From: Elsinoe ampelina
Taxonomy: Eukaryota
Length of the DNA stretch: 64,000 nucleotides
Direction: 5' to 3'
Assembly: GCA_010093995.1 (NCBI GenBank)
Contig: ML992509.1
Coordinates: 480,178-544,177 of the forward strand
Made by a program: the position numbers and the translations under genes. Under the pieces are notes generated by a model. The model worked only from the letters and a program-made list of their open reading frames with translations, had not been told where the DNA came from and did no database searches. Position 1 is the first letter of the stretch; each line of letters starts with the position of its first letter. Of the stretch, positions 49,242 through 61,718 are shown in pieces.

Positions 49242-52200
49242 ATTCTAATCTCTCTTATATTCTATTAGATAGAGCTATATAGATAAGATAGTACCTTATA
49301 CTTAGCACTAGCGAAATAACTAACTACTACTAGAGTAGTACTAGTATAGATAACTCTCTAATAGCTTAGCTATTAGCGAGACATTTACTAAATTAGCTAT
49401 AACTCTAGAGACAACTCCTATTAAAGATCGCTAGGCCGGGGAAGAGCTAGCGCTAAGGCTATACTATACTAATATAGCTCCTATAGAAAGTATAGCTAAT
49501 ATAGGAAATAATACTATATATAAAGCGCTTTATACTTATATTACTTAGCTTAAGAATACACTTAGTAGTCGCTTCCTAGTTGTAGCGCCGGTGCTATATA
49601 GTTATTTTAACAATATATAACTTAATAACATCTACCTAATAAACCTATAAATTGTAAGAGAGTATATACTAAACTTATACTACCTTAAGGCCTTAGAGTC
49701 TACTATTATAGTAAGAGTTAAGGAATTTATATATATATATAATAACGTCTTTAAGATAGTACTAAATATCTACTTTAAAGAAGTTACTTAGTACTATATA
49801 GCTACTAGCTACTTAAAAGGTTAGCTTAGCTACAATTAAAACTTATATACTAAGAGCACTAGCATTATACTCTCATAGAGCCTAATATAGTTCTAGCTTT
49901 AGAACTAAGCCTAGAGTTCTAAAAACTATAGTAATAGCTACGTAGTAAAGTTCTTTACATTACGCTAGCATAGAGAATAGTTAATTACTAATTTCTATAT
50001 ATTTCTCAATAGTTATAAGTTCTATATTAAGATAGTACTACTCCCAGACAATATCTACTATATATAGCTTATTACCTATACTACGCCAGAGCTACACTCA
50101 GAAGTACTCTATTAAAAGAACCTATCTCTAATTAAGGTAGAACTTCTAGTATATCTATCCTATTTAGAGTAGAACCTACTAGGCTACTTCGACTCTATAT
50201 AGGGGTAGTATAAGCGTAATACTAGAGAGAAGACTAATACTTTTACTAAAAGGCCTTACTATAATAAAGACTATAAGAGCTAAAAGGACTAGTAGAGTAG
50301 CGCTAACGCTACCCCTATAGCTTCTTAACCTAGCGCTACTTACCCTTATAATATTTATAAGAGCCTAGACTATTAGGCGCCGAACTATCTCTAGAAGGAC
50401 TCTTTAAAATAGATAGTATTCTTATATTTACTAATTCTAAGTAGCTCTAGCGCGATATAGAATATATACTAAATTCGTACTAATATTATAGTTAACCTAC
50501 CTAAAGGCCCTATCGAAGAGGTAGCTCTAATAGATAGTAGCGCTAATAGTAACTTTATTAGCTAGTATTTTACTATACGCTATTATATCGCCGTTAACCC
50601 CCTAGTAGTATACTAAGTACGTAGCTTAGATAAATACGAATTAACTACCTATAGATATACTAAGTTAGCCTTTACTATTAAGGATAGTAAAGAAATAATA
50701 TAGGCGTTATACTAGTAGTTTAAAAGCGTTAATATAACTAGTTATAATCTTATATTAGGCCTACTATAGCTATTATTCTATAACTTTAAGATTTAGTAGA
50801 GCGCTAGTATATAGAGGTATTATACTAGCGCTATATAGATGTTAATTCTAGATATACTCTTCTTCTTCTAGGAGCTAAATTAGCCTAACGCCTAGCTCTA
50901 TCTAGTATATATACGCTAGGATAAACCTAGCGCTCTAACTCTACTATACTAGCTTAATAACTATATAGATGTTTTTAATAAGAGTATAGTAATAGCGCTA
51001 CTAGGTAACGATTTTACTTACTCTATTAATATTAAAGAGAAGAAATAGCTACTCTAGGGACCTATCTACTCCCTTAGTAAAAAGGAGCTTTAGGTACTTC
51101 GAGAGTATATAGATAATAGCTTAGTAATAGGTCAACTCTAGTATAGTACTAGCTCTATAGAGTCTTCTATTCTATTTATTTCTAAGAAGAATAGTTCGCT
51201 ACGCCTATATATTAACTATTATAGGCTAAATAATATTACTATTAAGAACTATTACCTCTTGCCTCTAATTGCCGAGATACTTAATTATATCGAGAGTATA
51301 TACTTGTTTAGTAAGCTAGACCTTATAGATGCCTACTACTAGGTATATATCTAGCGTAGTAATAAATAAAAGATAGTATTCTACTATTGCTATAGCTACT
51401 TTAAATATACTATTATACCTTTTAGCCTTACTAACGCTCTAGCTACGTTCTAGACTTATATATATTAGTACTTAAGTAGCTTAGTAGACTACTACTATAT
51501 TATATACCTAGATAATATTCTAATCTATGCTAGCGACAAGTAAGAGTATTACTAGGCTATTAGGAGCGTACTAGACTACCTATATAAGAATAGCCTCTAT
51601 ATAAAACTAAAGAAGTATATCTTTAAGGTAATATAGATAGTATTTCTAGACTACGTTATTAGTAGTAATAGTATTATAATAGAGTAGCCCTAGGTATAAG
51701 CCGTTGCTAACTAGCCTACCTCTACTAGCCTTAAGAAGTTATAAACCTTTCTTAGATTTACTAATTTCTACTATTAATTTATTAAGAGCTTCTTCTATAT
51801 AGCGCTACTACTAACTATACTTACGCGAGAGTTAGTCTAAGAGAAGTAAGTAGGCCTATTTCTATAGAGTAATAATATAGTATAGGCCTTTAATAGGCTT
51901 AAAGCTACCTTTACGTAAGCGCCTATACTACGCTACTTTTTATTAAGTAAGCCTCTCTAGCTTAAGACTAACGCTTTAGATTTTATACTTTCTAGAGTAA
52001 TCTTCTAGTAAAATAAAAATAACACCTCTACGTAATACTAGTACTCTATAGCGTTCTAGTTCTAAAAGCTATAAGGTATAGAACTAAACTATACTACCTA
52101 CGATAAAGAGCTTCTTACTATTATAGAAGCGGCGTAGTACTAGCGCTAGTACCTACTTAGCGCTACTACTCTAATTAAAGTCCTCTCTAACTATAATAAC

Positions 52201-55200
52201 CTTAGGTATTTCCTAACTACTAAGAAGCTTTTATAGCGCTAGGCCTACTATACCGAGGTACTAGCGTAGTTTAATATTGTTATCTAGTACTATAGTAGAA
52301 AGACTAACCTAGCTAATAGTCTATTACGTAGGCTTAACTACTACAAGTATAAAGAAGATATATAGAAAGAGTACTATATATTAGTTCCTCTCTTAAAGTA
52401 AGCGTTATAAATACGAAGCGAAGGAGTTATACTTATATCTATTATAGATAAGAAACCTAAGGCTAGTAGGGCCTAGGAAGATAGTAATAAAGCTAGTATA
52501 GCTTATATGCCTTAAACTGCTCCCTAATATAACGCACTTATATAATTCTAGTATACCTCTAGAATAGCGCCTATAAGTCTACCTATTACCTTAGGAGCGC
52601 TATAGCTATACTAAGAAGAGTTAGAGCCTCTAGAGTAAGAAGAGTAGTACCTAGAAAGCACTTATATAAATCTTCCTCTAAGTCTAACTAGTAATGTCGA
52701 ATTAGAATAATATACGCCTACTCTAGTATCCTAGGACGTGCCGCTACTCGCCTAGGAAATAATAGAGAGCTAAGGGCATAAAGATAGTATAATACCTATA
52801 TAACTCTAGGACACCTCTAGTAGAAAGCCTACTATAATTTTAGACTAGAGTTAGTAGATTATATACCTCTACGCTACGTAAGTACTAGTAGATAAGACTA
52901 TATATACCTCTTCTACTTCTATATTACTTTAGGACCTTATCTACGTAGTATAGTAAAGAGACACCTTTACTTATAGTAAGAAATAGAAACTTCTAAAAGA
53001 GAGAATCTTAACTAGTAATAGTACTACCCCTAAGTAGAGCCTATCTAGTAATAGCTTACTCTAGAATAGAGATAGGGTATATATTCTAGAAGAAACTACC
53101 TTAAGAGTAGAGCTTATATAGCACAATTATAATAACCCCTTAGAGAGTTACTTTAGCTATACTAAGACCTACCTTAATATAAGAAGGAAGTACTAGTAGC
53201 TAGGTATGTCCGTCGCTACGAAAGTATATATTAAGCGCTATAATAGCTACTAAAGGTATAAGGTAATATAGTATAAGCCTTATAGCCTCCTATAACTCTT
53301 ACTAATTCTACCTATACTTAAGGCCTTATAATACTAGTCGCTTAATTTTATTACTAGCTTACTCTTAGTAGAGCTTTAGCCCGGCGTTATTATAGACGTA
53401 ATTATCGTATATATCTATCGCTTATCTAAGTTTAGTATCTATATACCGACGTCGACTAAGCTTAATACTAGGGACTTTACTAATCTATTTAAAATAGATA
53501 TTATAATATTATTCGGAACGCTAAAGACACTAGTCTTAGATAAAGAGTCTATCTTTATAAGCAAATTCTAAAGTGCGCTATACTAGCGCTAGAAGGCGTA
53601 ATATAAGCTTAGTACTAGTTTCTATCTATAGATAGATAGCTAAACTAAAAGGTAAAACTAGACGCTAGAGTAGTACCTACGCTACTTTATTAACTATTAC
53701 TAGACGGACTAGCTATACTAGGTTAAGTAGGCGTAATTCGTATATAATAACATATATTAAGCGTTACTATATACTACGCTAGTATAGTTCTTATTTACGT
53801 AGAAGATACGCCTACCTAATAATATTAAGGCGCTAGCGCTACCTAGCTACGCGCTAGTGTATAACTTATTAGTTAATAACTAAGTATAATCTATTACTAA
53901 AACGCGTGTAGAGCTTACCTAACACCTATATAAAGTATAGAAAGACTAAGCGCTAGCCTATAATAGAGATTAATAAGCAAAAGTCTTCTATAATAGCGAC
54001 GAGGTTATACTTAGTACTAAGAACCTTTATAGCGCTAGACCTAGCTATAAGCTATTAGCTAAGTATATTAGCCCGTTTATAATTGTATAACGAATTAGTA
54101 TATAGGTATATAAGCTACACTTACTAGACAAAATAAAGCTAATCTATAACGTCTTTAACATTATACTACTAGAGCTATATAGGCATAGCGAGGGTATATA
54201 CTTACTGCCCCTAGAGGTAGAAGGGCAGGAAGAATACATTATTAAATATATCTTTAATAAGGGCTATACTAGTACTCTAAAGGCGCTATACTACCTAGTA
54301 AAGTAGTAGAGTTACCCTATAGAAGAAAGTATATAGAAGCTAGTAAAAAACCTTATAAACGCTAAGGAATTACTATATAAATATAAGGTAGCTTAGTATA
54401 AGTATAGCGCTAGCTAAATACTCTAGACATACTTAGGATTAATAAGTTAAAGGTATAAATTTTAAAGTAAAAAGTACCTAGGCGTAGCGCTAAGTTAGCT
54501 TAGAGTATTATTAGCTTACGTAGAGAGAACGCTAGCGTAGTAAAAACTATAGAATTATACTAAAGTAAAGGGGGTATAGCGTAGACGTAGCGCCCTAGCC
54601 TCCTCTATCTTAACTATCTATATTATTTACCTTAGTCTTATTCTTATTATTCTCCTTAACACTATTAATATACCTAGTTAGCGCTCTTATAGCATTATTA
54701 ATTACCTACGTAGTAGCGGCTTACTTGTTCTTAGTAACTACCTATAAGAAAGTTAGTATAGCTTAGGCGTTATAGAGGCGCACTTCTAGACTTATATAAC
54801 TAGCTAAAGCCTTAAGTATAAAGCTAGTATTACTAATTATACCTAGGCGTAGCGCCTTTACTAGCTACTTAGTATCGACTTTAGAGATAGAGGGCATAGT
54901 AATAGTACTATTATAGCGTAAAGAAGTTATACTATTACTATTACTTTTATTAACTACCTTACTCTTGCCCTTAGTATTAGACTTGCTCTACGTACGCTTA
55001 GCGCTAGCCTTCTTATATATATAGTTAGTATAGGTAGTAATCTAGCGCTTTAGAAGAATAATATTCTTCTTAGAAGTAGTAGTATTATTATAGAGTAGTA
55101 TATATATAGCAAAGTATTTATTCTAGAGCCTCTTAGTAGTAGCTTAATTCTTAGAGTTAAGCTTAGTAGGCTACTAAGGTTAGTATAAAGTAGATATAGC

Positions 55201-56137
55201 GTAGATATAGAGTATACCTAGTAGTAGTATTTATTACTATAACTATAACAATTATAGTAGATAGCCTTAGCCTTAGTAATCTAGTAGAGAGAATCCTTAA
55301 TAGAGAGTATACTATCTTCGAGCTAGAGGTACTTATCGATAGTAATAGTATAGCGTAAGTATAGTATAGAGTACTAGTTCTAGTTAGTAAAATTACTCTT
55401 ATAAGGTCTATAAAAAGTTAGCGCTAGCGTAGTATAAGTACTATATATAATACTTACTCCTTAGAAATTTTAGAAGCTATAGTTATTAAAGTATATAAGC
55501 GTATAGAAGGTAAGCTAGTATAGAGCTAGAATAATAAAGGGAAAAAAATTTACTACGTAGGTACTACGCTAGGTTAGTAAATAAATAACTAAATAGATAA
55601 GCCTAATAGCTAGATCTATAGTAGTATAGACTTAGTATATACGCTAAGCCTCCCCTACTAGCCCTTAGGCTAGTAAGGCCTAGTCTATACTATATAGTAC
55701 CTAAAATAGGTTACTAGTATAGTGTTAGACCTACGTAAGTATAGAGCTAGCGTTAAGTAGAATACTTACGCGAAGGAAGTATTATAAAGGAGAAAAGAAG
55801 AAGAGAAGAAAAAGAGAAGAATATATATCTAGCTCTAAGCTAAGACTAATCTGGAGAATAATAGGTAGTAGTATATAATAATAAGTAAATTCTTATATAT
55901 AAAGATAATAACGTAAGAGTACTATATTCTATATATAAAGAATTATACTATTGTTACTATATCTAGTATATAAAGAATAGTATAGGCTACTATAGGCGCA
56001 CTATATATATAAAGAGTACACTATGCCTAAGAGGCACTAGTAAGACGCTCTTTTCTAGTTTTCTTCTATACTAGGTTTTCTAGGTTTTATTAAGGCTTAT
56101 AGGTATAAAAGTACGCCTCTTAAAGAGGAAGAATAAT

Positions 56138-56335
56138 TATAAGAACTAATATAGTAAGTACGCTATACTAGCTTACTCTAGAGATACTATTCTCCGTAGA
56201 AGAATAAAATACTTCTTACCTATAGAATAGATAGAGTAGAGATTAGTCTTATAATAATCGAGGGTACACTAGTATAATACCTATTCTACTTCTATATACT
56301 TGTCTTTTTAGCTCTAATATTCTATCTTTGTTATA
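56138..56335 (+). repeat. 3' LTR of gypsy element 2
   Basis: Same 198-bp length as the 5' LTR, mostly transition differences, preceded by PPT. Confidence 0.92.
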
Positions 56336-58942
56336 GAAATGTTTATAATATAGATAAGATTAGCTATATACTTAGTTAATTACTTTATAAGTAGATCTAG
56401 ATAAGAAGTAAAAATAAGTACTAAGCCTTTTAATAGTAAAGTAGTAATTATAAGTAGGTAACTACTATTAAGACTCTTAGTATAGTTAGCTAAGTTATAC
56501 TACTACTCTTTATTATAAAGGGCTAGACGATTTAAGATAGCTAGTTTAATAACTTAGTGCTTCTTCTAGAGAATTTAATATATACTAATACTACTATTAA
56601 GATATCTTTAACTAGCTAGATAAATAATAAGATTACTCTTAAGTAGTTAAAAAAGCACTTTAATTCTTATACTTAGCTAGTAGATAACGCTAGAGTAAAG
56701 GTAAAAGATCTCGATTAACACTAGTAGTTACTTCTATTTAATAGTTACTACTTATACCTTATACTAAAGCTTATAAAGAAGGTATTTAGTAATTAAATTA
56801 CTTTACTAAAGCTACTAGCTTATATCTTATACTTTCTCTAGCCTCTTAATATTACTATCTTTACTAATTTAAAGCGCCTTTATAGAGAGAAGATTCGATA
56901 GATTATTTATAAAGGAGTTATATAGATTAGTAAGTACTACTTTATCGAGGCTTATATTAATAGTTATAATATAGCCTTTAGTAGCAACTATTAAATAAGA
57001 GCCTTTAAAGTAAGTAGTATTATATTAATTAATTTAACACTAGTTATTTATTAAATTTAGTATAGAGTGTCTTTATTAAGTACCTCTTAATTACTTAAGT
57101 TATTAGCCTTATAACCTTATAAAAATTTAACCTCTTAATTTACTAAGATTTTAATCTCTTTAGAGATTTTAGCCTCCTTCTCTACTACTACTACTAACTT
57201 CTTTCTAGCTACTCTCTTATACTATTTAAATGCTTTCTCCTCTAAAGCTACGCCTATTAAGTTAGCTAAGTACTTTAATAATAGACTTAGAAGGCTCCTC
57301 GATAACTAGTAGTATACTAAGTATAGTCTAGTAAGTTATTAGCGCCTTATAAGAACCTTATTTAATACTATAAAGGTAATAGAGAAGAAGGCTTATATCG
57401 CTAAAGAGAAGGCTAGTACTACTAAGAAAGAGATAAAGCTCTTAAAAAGAAAGCTCTCTACTATTAATAAGCGCGCTAAGAAGAAGAATAAATATAAGCG
57501 TAATAGTACTAGTAGTTATCTATCTAGTAGAGCGCTAATAAGCTATAAGAGAGTACTTAAATAGAGAGATACTAATAGAGAGATAGAAGAGACTAATAGC
57601 CTTAAAGTAATTACTTATAAGCGTAGAGTTAACCTTAGTAAGTAAGTTTAAGCGCTTAAGAAGTCTTTAAAGCGCCTTCTAATAGAGTATCTAGAATACC
57701 TCTATCTCTCTTAGCTTAAAGAAGAGTATAAGTAATCTAAGCTAGATTATTACGCCGCTAAAGAGAGGCTCTCTAAGTTATAGTAGCGCTGTAATATTAT
57801 TAAGAGTAGTAAGAGTAAGAGACCCCTTATACTCGAGCGTAATAGCTTAGAGATTAATAAGGCTAATACTACTATATAGCTTAATAAGCTTAATAAGCTA
57901 CTACTAGAGATGCTACTAGAGATGCTACTAAAGGTAAAAGAGAAGAAGGTAGTAGAGGAGCAGCGCTAAGCTAAGAGTAATACCTTTTATAACACTTAAT
58001 TCTAGTAGATTATTATAAATCTAGTAGCTTAAGAGGTTAGAGATAACTAGAGTACTTAGTATATAGTGCTATATAACTAAAGGATATAAGGAAGTAATTC
58101 TACACTATATAATAGGTTATTTAGCGCTTTCTAAGGTCTTAATTACAAGTTAAAAACACTAACTCTAAGCTCTAGCCTTAAAAGCCTCTATACTATTAAC
58201 ATAGGTTAATACTAAAGTTGTATAAGTTTAAAAGTACAAAAGCTCAAAGGTATGCTAAGAAGTACATCCTTCACCAAAAAAGGCAGGTCGGTGTATCTCC
58301 GGGGATATCTCACCGCTTTCCAGAAACTGGGGGTGGCCAACTCTAGGCCCTGGCCAACTCCCCGACCCCAACGTTATTGCAGCATGCATCACTTGCAAGA
58401 CCGATTTGTACAAGGTTTCGCCCTAATTCTGCAAATAAATTAAGGCAGGCTATTGCACAACCAGGATCCCGCTCCTTCACCGCTGACCGCAGCCAATTCT
58501 GACCGTCAGACACCCAAGATTGACCCTCGATCAATATACATAAGGCGGTCGGCGCGATTCAGGGTTCCACACGGCCTCAGCGACTTCTCGGTCAATTCCA
58601 CCCGCACAAGCGCCAATCACTGACATTTTCGGTCTAGCTCCGTGTCTATCTCGTCCGCTAAGCCCTACATTGCCTAACCTTGTCACGCTTGGCCGTGGGG
58701 TGGCCGTGTCGTGCCGGGCGCTTCTGCTTCGACTGGCGTCACTGCCACATGGCTCTTTCATCCTCCTCCATCCCAAGGCTTGTACCTTTCTAGGTGGCTT
58801 GTGCCTGTCGACATATATGCGGTAGGTGGCCTGAATATGCAAGACATGCAGAATATCTCTGTCTTCATGTCCATTCATATTCCTCTTTTCTCACCGGAAG
58901 ATCCAAGAACAGCCTAAATCGAGATCCAAACCAACTACCAGC

Positions 58943-61292
58943 ATGGCGGGCAAGCCGTTCCCAGAGCTGTCTTTTGTGACGGCTACCACGAATTTGGATG
59001 GCTTCAAGGACAAAAAGGTCATGCGAAAGGTCCGGAAGGTGGTCATGAAGAATTATCTCGACAAAGCCAAGGAGGACCCCAATACTACTGATGTGAGAGC
59101 GAAGAAACGGGAGAGTCCTACACCTCTGAAGAGCGAGGCGAGGACCCCTACAGTCCAGTCACCGTCCGATATGCCAGCCCCGTCGATACTCAGGCGGGAC
59201 TCAATGACCTCCTTCGAGAGGCGGACGTCTGGATATGCTCGCAGCACAAGCAGTCGTCCGTCGAGCATAGCAAGCTCCACTGGCTCGACACACTCTGGTC
59301 ATGCTATCAACCCTATGATCCCGCCCACACCGAACCAGGAATGGCTTTTCGGAATCGCGGACGAACTCAACAGAAAAGCAGCACGACCCACCGCCTTCGA
59401 TACCCGAGCCGACTTTGAAGCCATACTTGCTCCGGGTAGTAAGATCACGGCTCAGAAGATGGAGTTTTTGGTAGCATTCACACGTGGCGAAGCGGAGAAG
59501 GCATCGGCAGATGTCTTTGCACAACACACAGCGCTGCCTCCTACCGTCGACCTAGATCGACTGAAGATCAATTGTAAGATTCTTCTCCATCGCTCAGTCA
59601 ACGTAGCTCATGAATATAGGTGCGACCTTCTTCGGATCTGCCGGCATGTCAGAGCAATGGCTACCACTTATGATGCTCTCGCCGCAATCATTCCTTGCAA
59701 GCCTCTGCGTCTCAGCACCATATACAGACTTGATGACCGCAATTTATCGCGGCGACGACCCGTCAAAGTACACCGAGACAAGGCAGACCATGGAGATTCT
59801 AGACATACTACCACGCATGATCAATGATGCACTCAACGAGCACGGCTCTAGCGATGGTAACATTACCTCGGTTGCTCAACTCTTGCTAGGACAACTGTCG
59901 ACACCTTACACGGCCTTGATCGGTTCACATCAGAGTGCTTTGAAGCGCATGGTAGCTCAACGAGGTGGTCTCGACAAGCTCGGCGGCAATGGTGCATTGG
60001 CCATGAATCTTTCCTTGATCAACGCCGAGGCCAATATCCTCCGCAGTGAACCTGTCGAGCAACAGTACTTGACTTGGATATCATCACACCTCAACAGAAA
60101 CGAGAACAAGATCCAAAAGCTTCCGGCACCAGAAGGCCCTCTTCTCTGGGTATCGCGCGGCATGCTCAGTGTCAAACTAAGCCCTCTGTGCCGACCGGAG
60201 ACCTTTCAGCTTATCGAATTGATGTACGAGCTCAACGAGAAAGTTATCAGACTGCAAAGACTCGAGGAGAACGAGAAAGCCGGCAGCATGGACGTCAACA
60301 TCCTTCAGTCGACCGAGCAGGCTGAGATCCGCTTTCGAATTCGACAAATCGTTGGCCAGGTTTACGACTTCCCTCACTGTCACAAACTTGTACCTACTGG
60401 GCCCCCTGATTGGGTTTACGAGACTCTGCGCTTGTCTTCTCTCATCTTCTCACACGCAGTATTTCAACGACGACCTCTGCACATGCAGCACGAATGCACA
60501 TTCGGGCACAATTGCTGTGTGCTTCCCGACATGATCCAAGAAGCTGTTCAGCAGACACCCATCAGGCCAGTCTGGGACCACCTAGCCGGTGTTCTGTACT
60601 GGGCTCTCATGATCGCCGCAGCCTCATGTCATGATCCGGTTGGTGAGACATATGATTCTGACACTCCTTCAATCGAAACACCGAGCTCAAATAACGCAAA
60701 TCCCGTACATGCGCAACCATATCCTACCAGATCAGCAACCGTGCCTCCGCTCCCAGCGACTTCTGCGACACCAGGTACAACGATCACACCACCTCCGCCA
60801 TCATCATCAGCGCCGCCGGCAAACGATGAGCAGCGGCAAGAAGCTTTGCAATTTGCAGCACAAACCTGGAGTAAGGGCAAAAGCATGTTCGAGCAATACG
60901 TATACGCTCGCGACACAGACGTGGTTGGGGGTCTCATGTCAGGAATGAACATCTCGGAAGGTCAACCCGCACCATCATTCATGCCCACGGCTGGACCTGG
61001 ATCTCCAAGTAGCGTACCCCTCTACTACCACGACAGCGGCTTTGTCTCCATGATGGGTCCACCTGCAACCCCAAGTCCGAAGGAAGAAAACAAGCGACTT
61101 CGGCTCGAAGCACGATCACCCCAGAGCGAGGCAGAGGCGAGGAGGCAGAAAGAGAAGCGAGCGTATGTGAAGCGCTTCTTGACAGCCAATGCGGTCCGAG
61201 TAAGCATTCTTTTGCGATTTGAGCACACCACGGCTATGGTCCAGAGTGTTCAGAGACTGGAGGAGGTGACCAGGTGGCTCGCAAGGCGGTGA
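58943..61292 (+). CDS. Fungal transcription-factor-like protein (helical regulatory-type domain, no Zn2Cys6 cluster); intron 59574-59619
   Basis: Basic N-terminal KVMRKVRKVVMKNY; HQSALKRMVAQRGGLDKLG, YETLRLSSLIF and GVLYWALMI segments resemble fungal TF middle domains; intron joins the 294-aa and 560-aa ORFs in frame. Confidence 0.75.
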
Positions 61293-61718
61293 GCGAGCCG
61301 GCAAAGTGACAGTCGTGAATTGAGATACCCGGATTGTGTTTTCTAGCGAGCATGATACCATCTACTTTCATGAACAACATCAGCTTACCGATGACACGCA
61401 TCCAACTCAGAAGATGAGACCACGTGACCCGGACGTCCCGGCTGACTTGCCCTCGGAGAAACGTCACCCTCTTTGCCCTCGCTCCACTTTCCTACCTCGC
61501 GGCTCGACAAGACACTTGCATGCGCTTCACTTGCTTCCACCGCAATGCATACTTTCCTGTCTGTCGACCGCGTGGATCAAAACTGGTGTTGAACGTCAGA
61601 CTTTACTATCAATCTTGTATAAGTATCTCTACTTGCATTGTCACTCGACAGAACTACATCAGTACAAGCTAGATATCAGCAGTCTTCATTTTAGCACTCT
61701 TCCGTCACGTAATCTACC

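Larger units (their letters stand above)
49044..56335 (+). mobile_element. RIP-degenerate Ty3/gypsy chromovirus LTR retrotransposon (second family, ~7.29 kb)
   Basis: 198-bp LTRs; PPT AAAGAGGAAGAA. De-RIPed CX2CX4HX4C (50347-50388), ALIDSGA (50524), YLD(N/D) (51505-51516), ETDAS (51964), LDFI (53341), FHPQTDGQTE (~53620), chromodomain (54232-54345). Flanks AGAAC/GAAAT fit a RIPed GGAAC TSD. Confidence 0.95.
48528..57970 (+). pseudogene. Pogo/Fot1 transposase relic split by the gypsy insertion (48528-49043 and 56336-~57970; 3' end approximate)
   Basis: One frame from ATA (RIPed ATG) at 48528. De-RIPed motifs N-V-Y-N-M-D-E-T-G (D at 56353), L-L-L-F-D-G-H-x-S-H (D at 56740), H-x-S-H-F-L-Q-P-L-D (D at 56848); 35 residues between the 2nd and 3rd Asp. 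Confidence 0.88.
48361..58374 (+). mobile_element. Pogo/Fot1-like (Tc1/mariner superfamily) DNA transposon, RIP-degenerate, with nested gypsy element (~2.7 kb without the insert)
   Basis: Perfect 42-bp TIRs ACGTTGGGGTCGGGGAGTTGGCCAGGGCCTAGAGTTGGCCAC (48361-48402 and inverse 58333-58374); TA on both flanks (48359-60, 58375-76); DD35D transposase relic inside. Confidence 0.96.
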
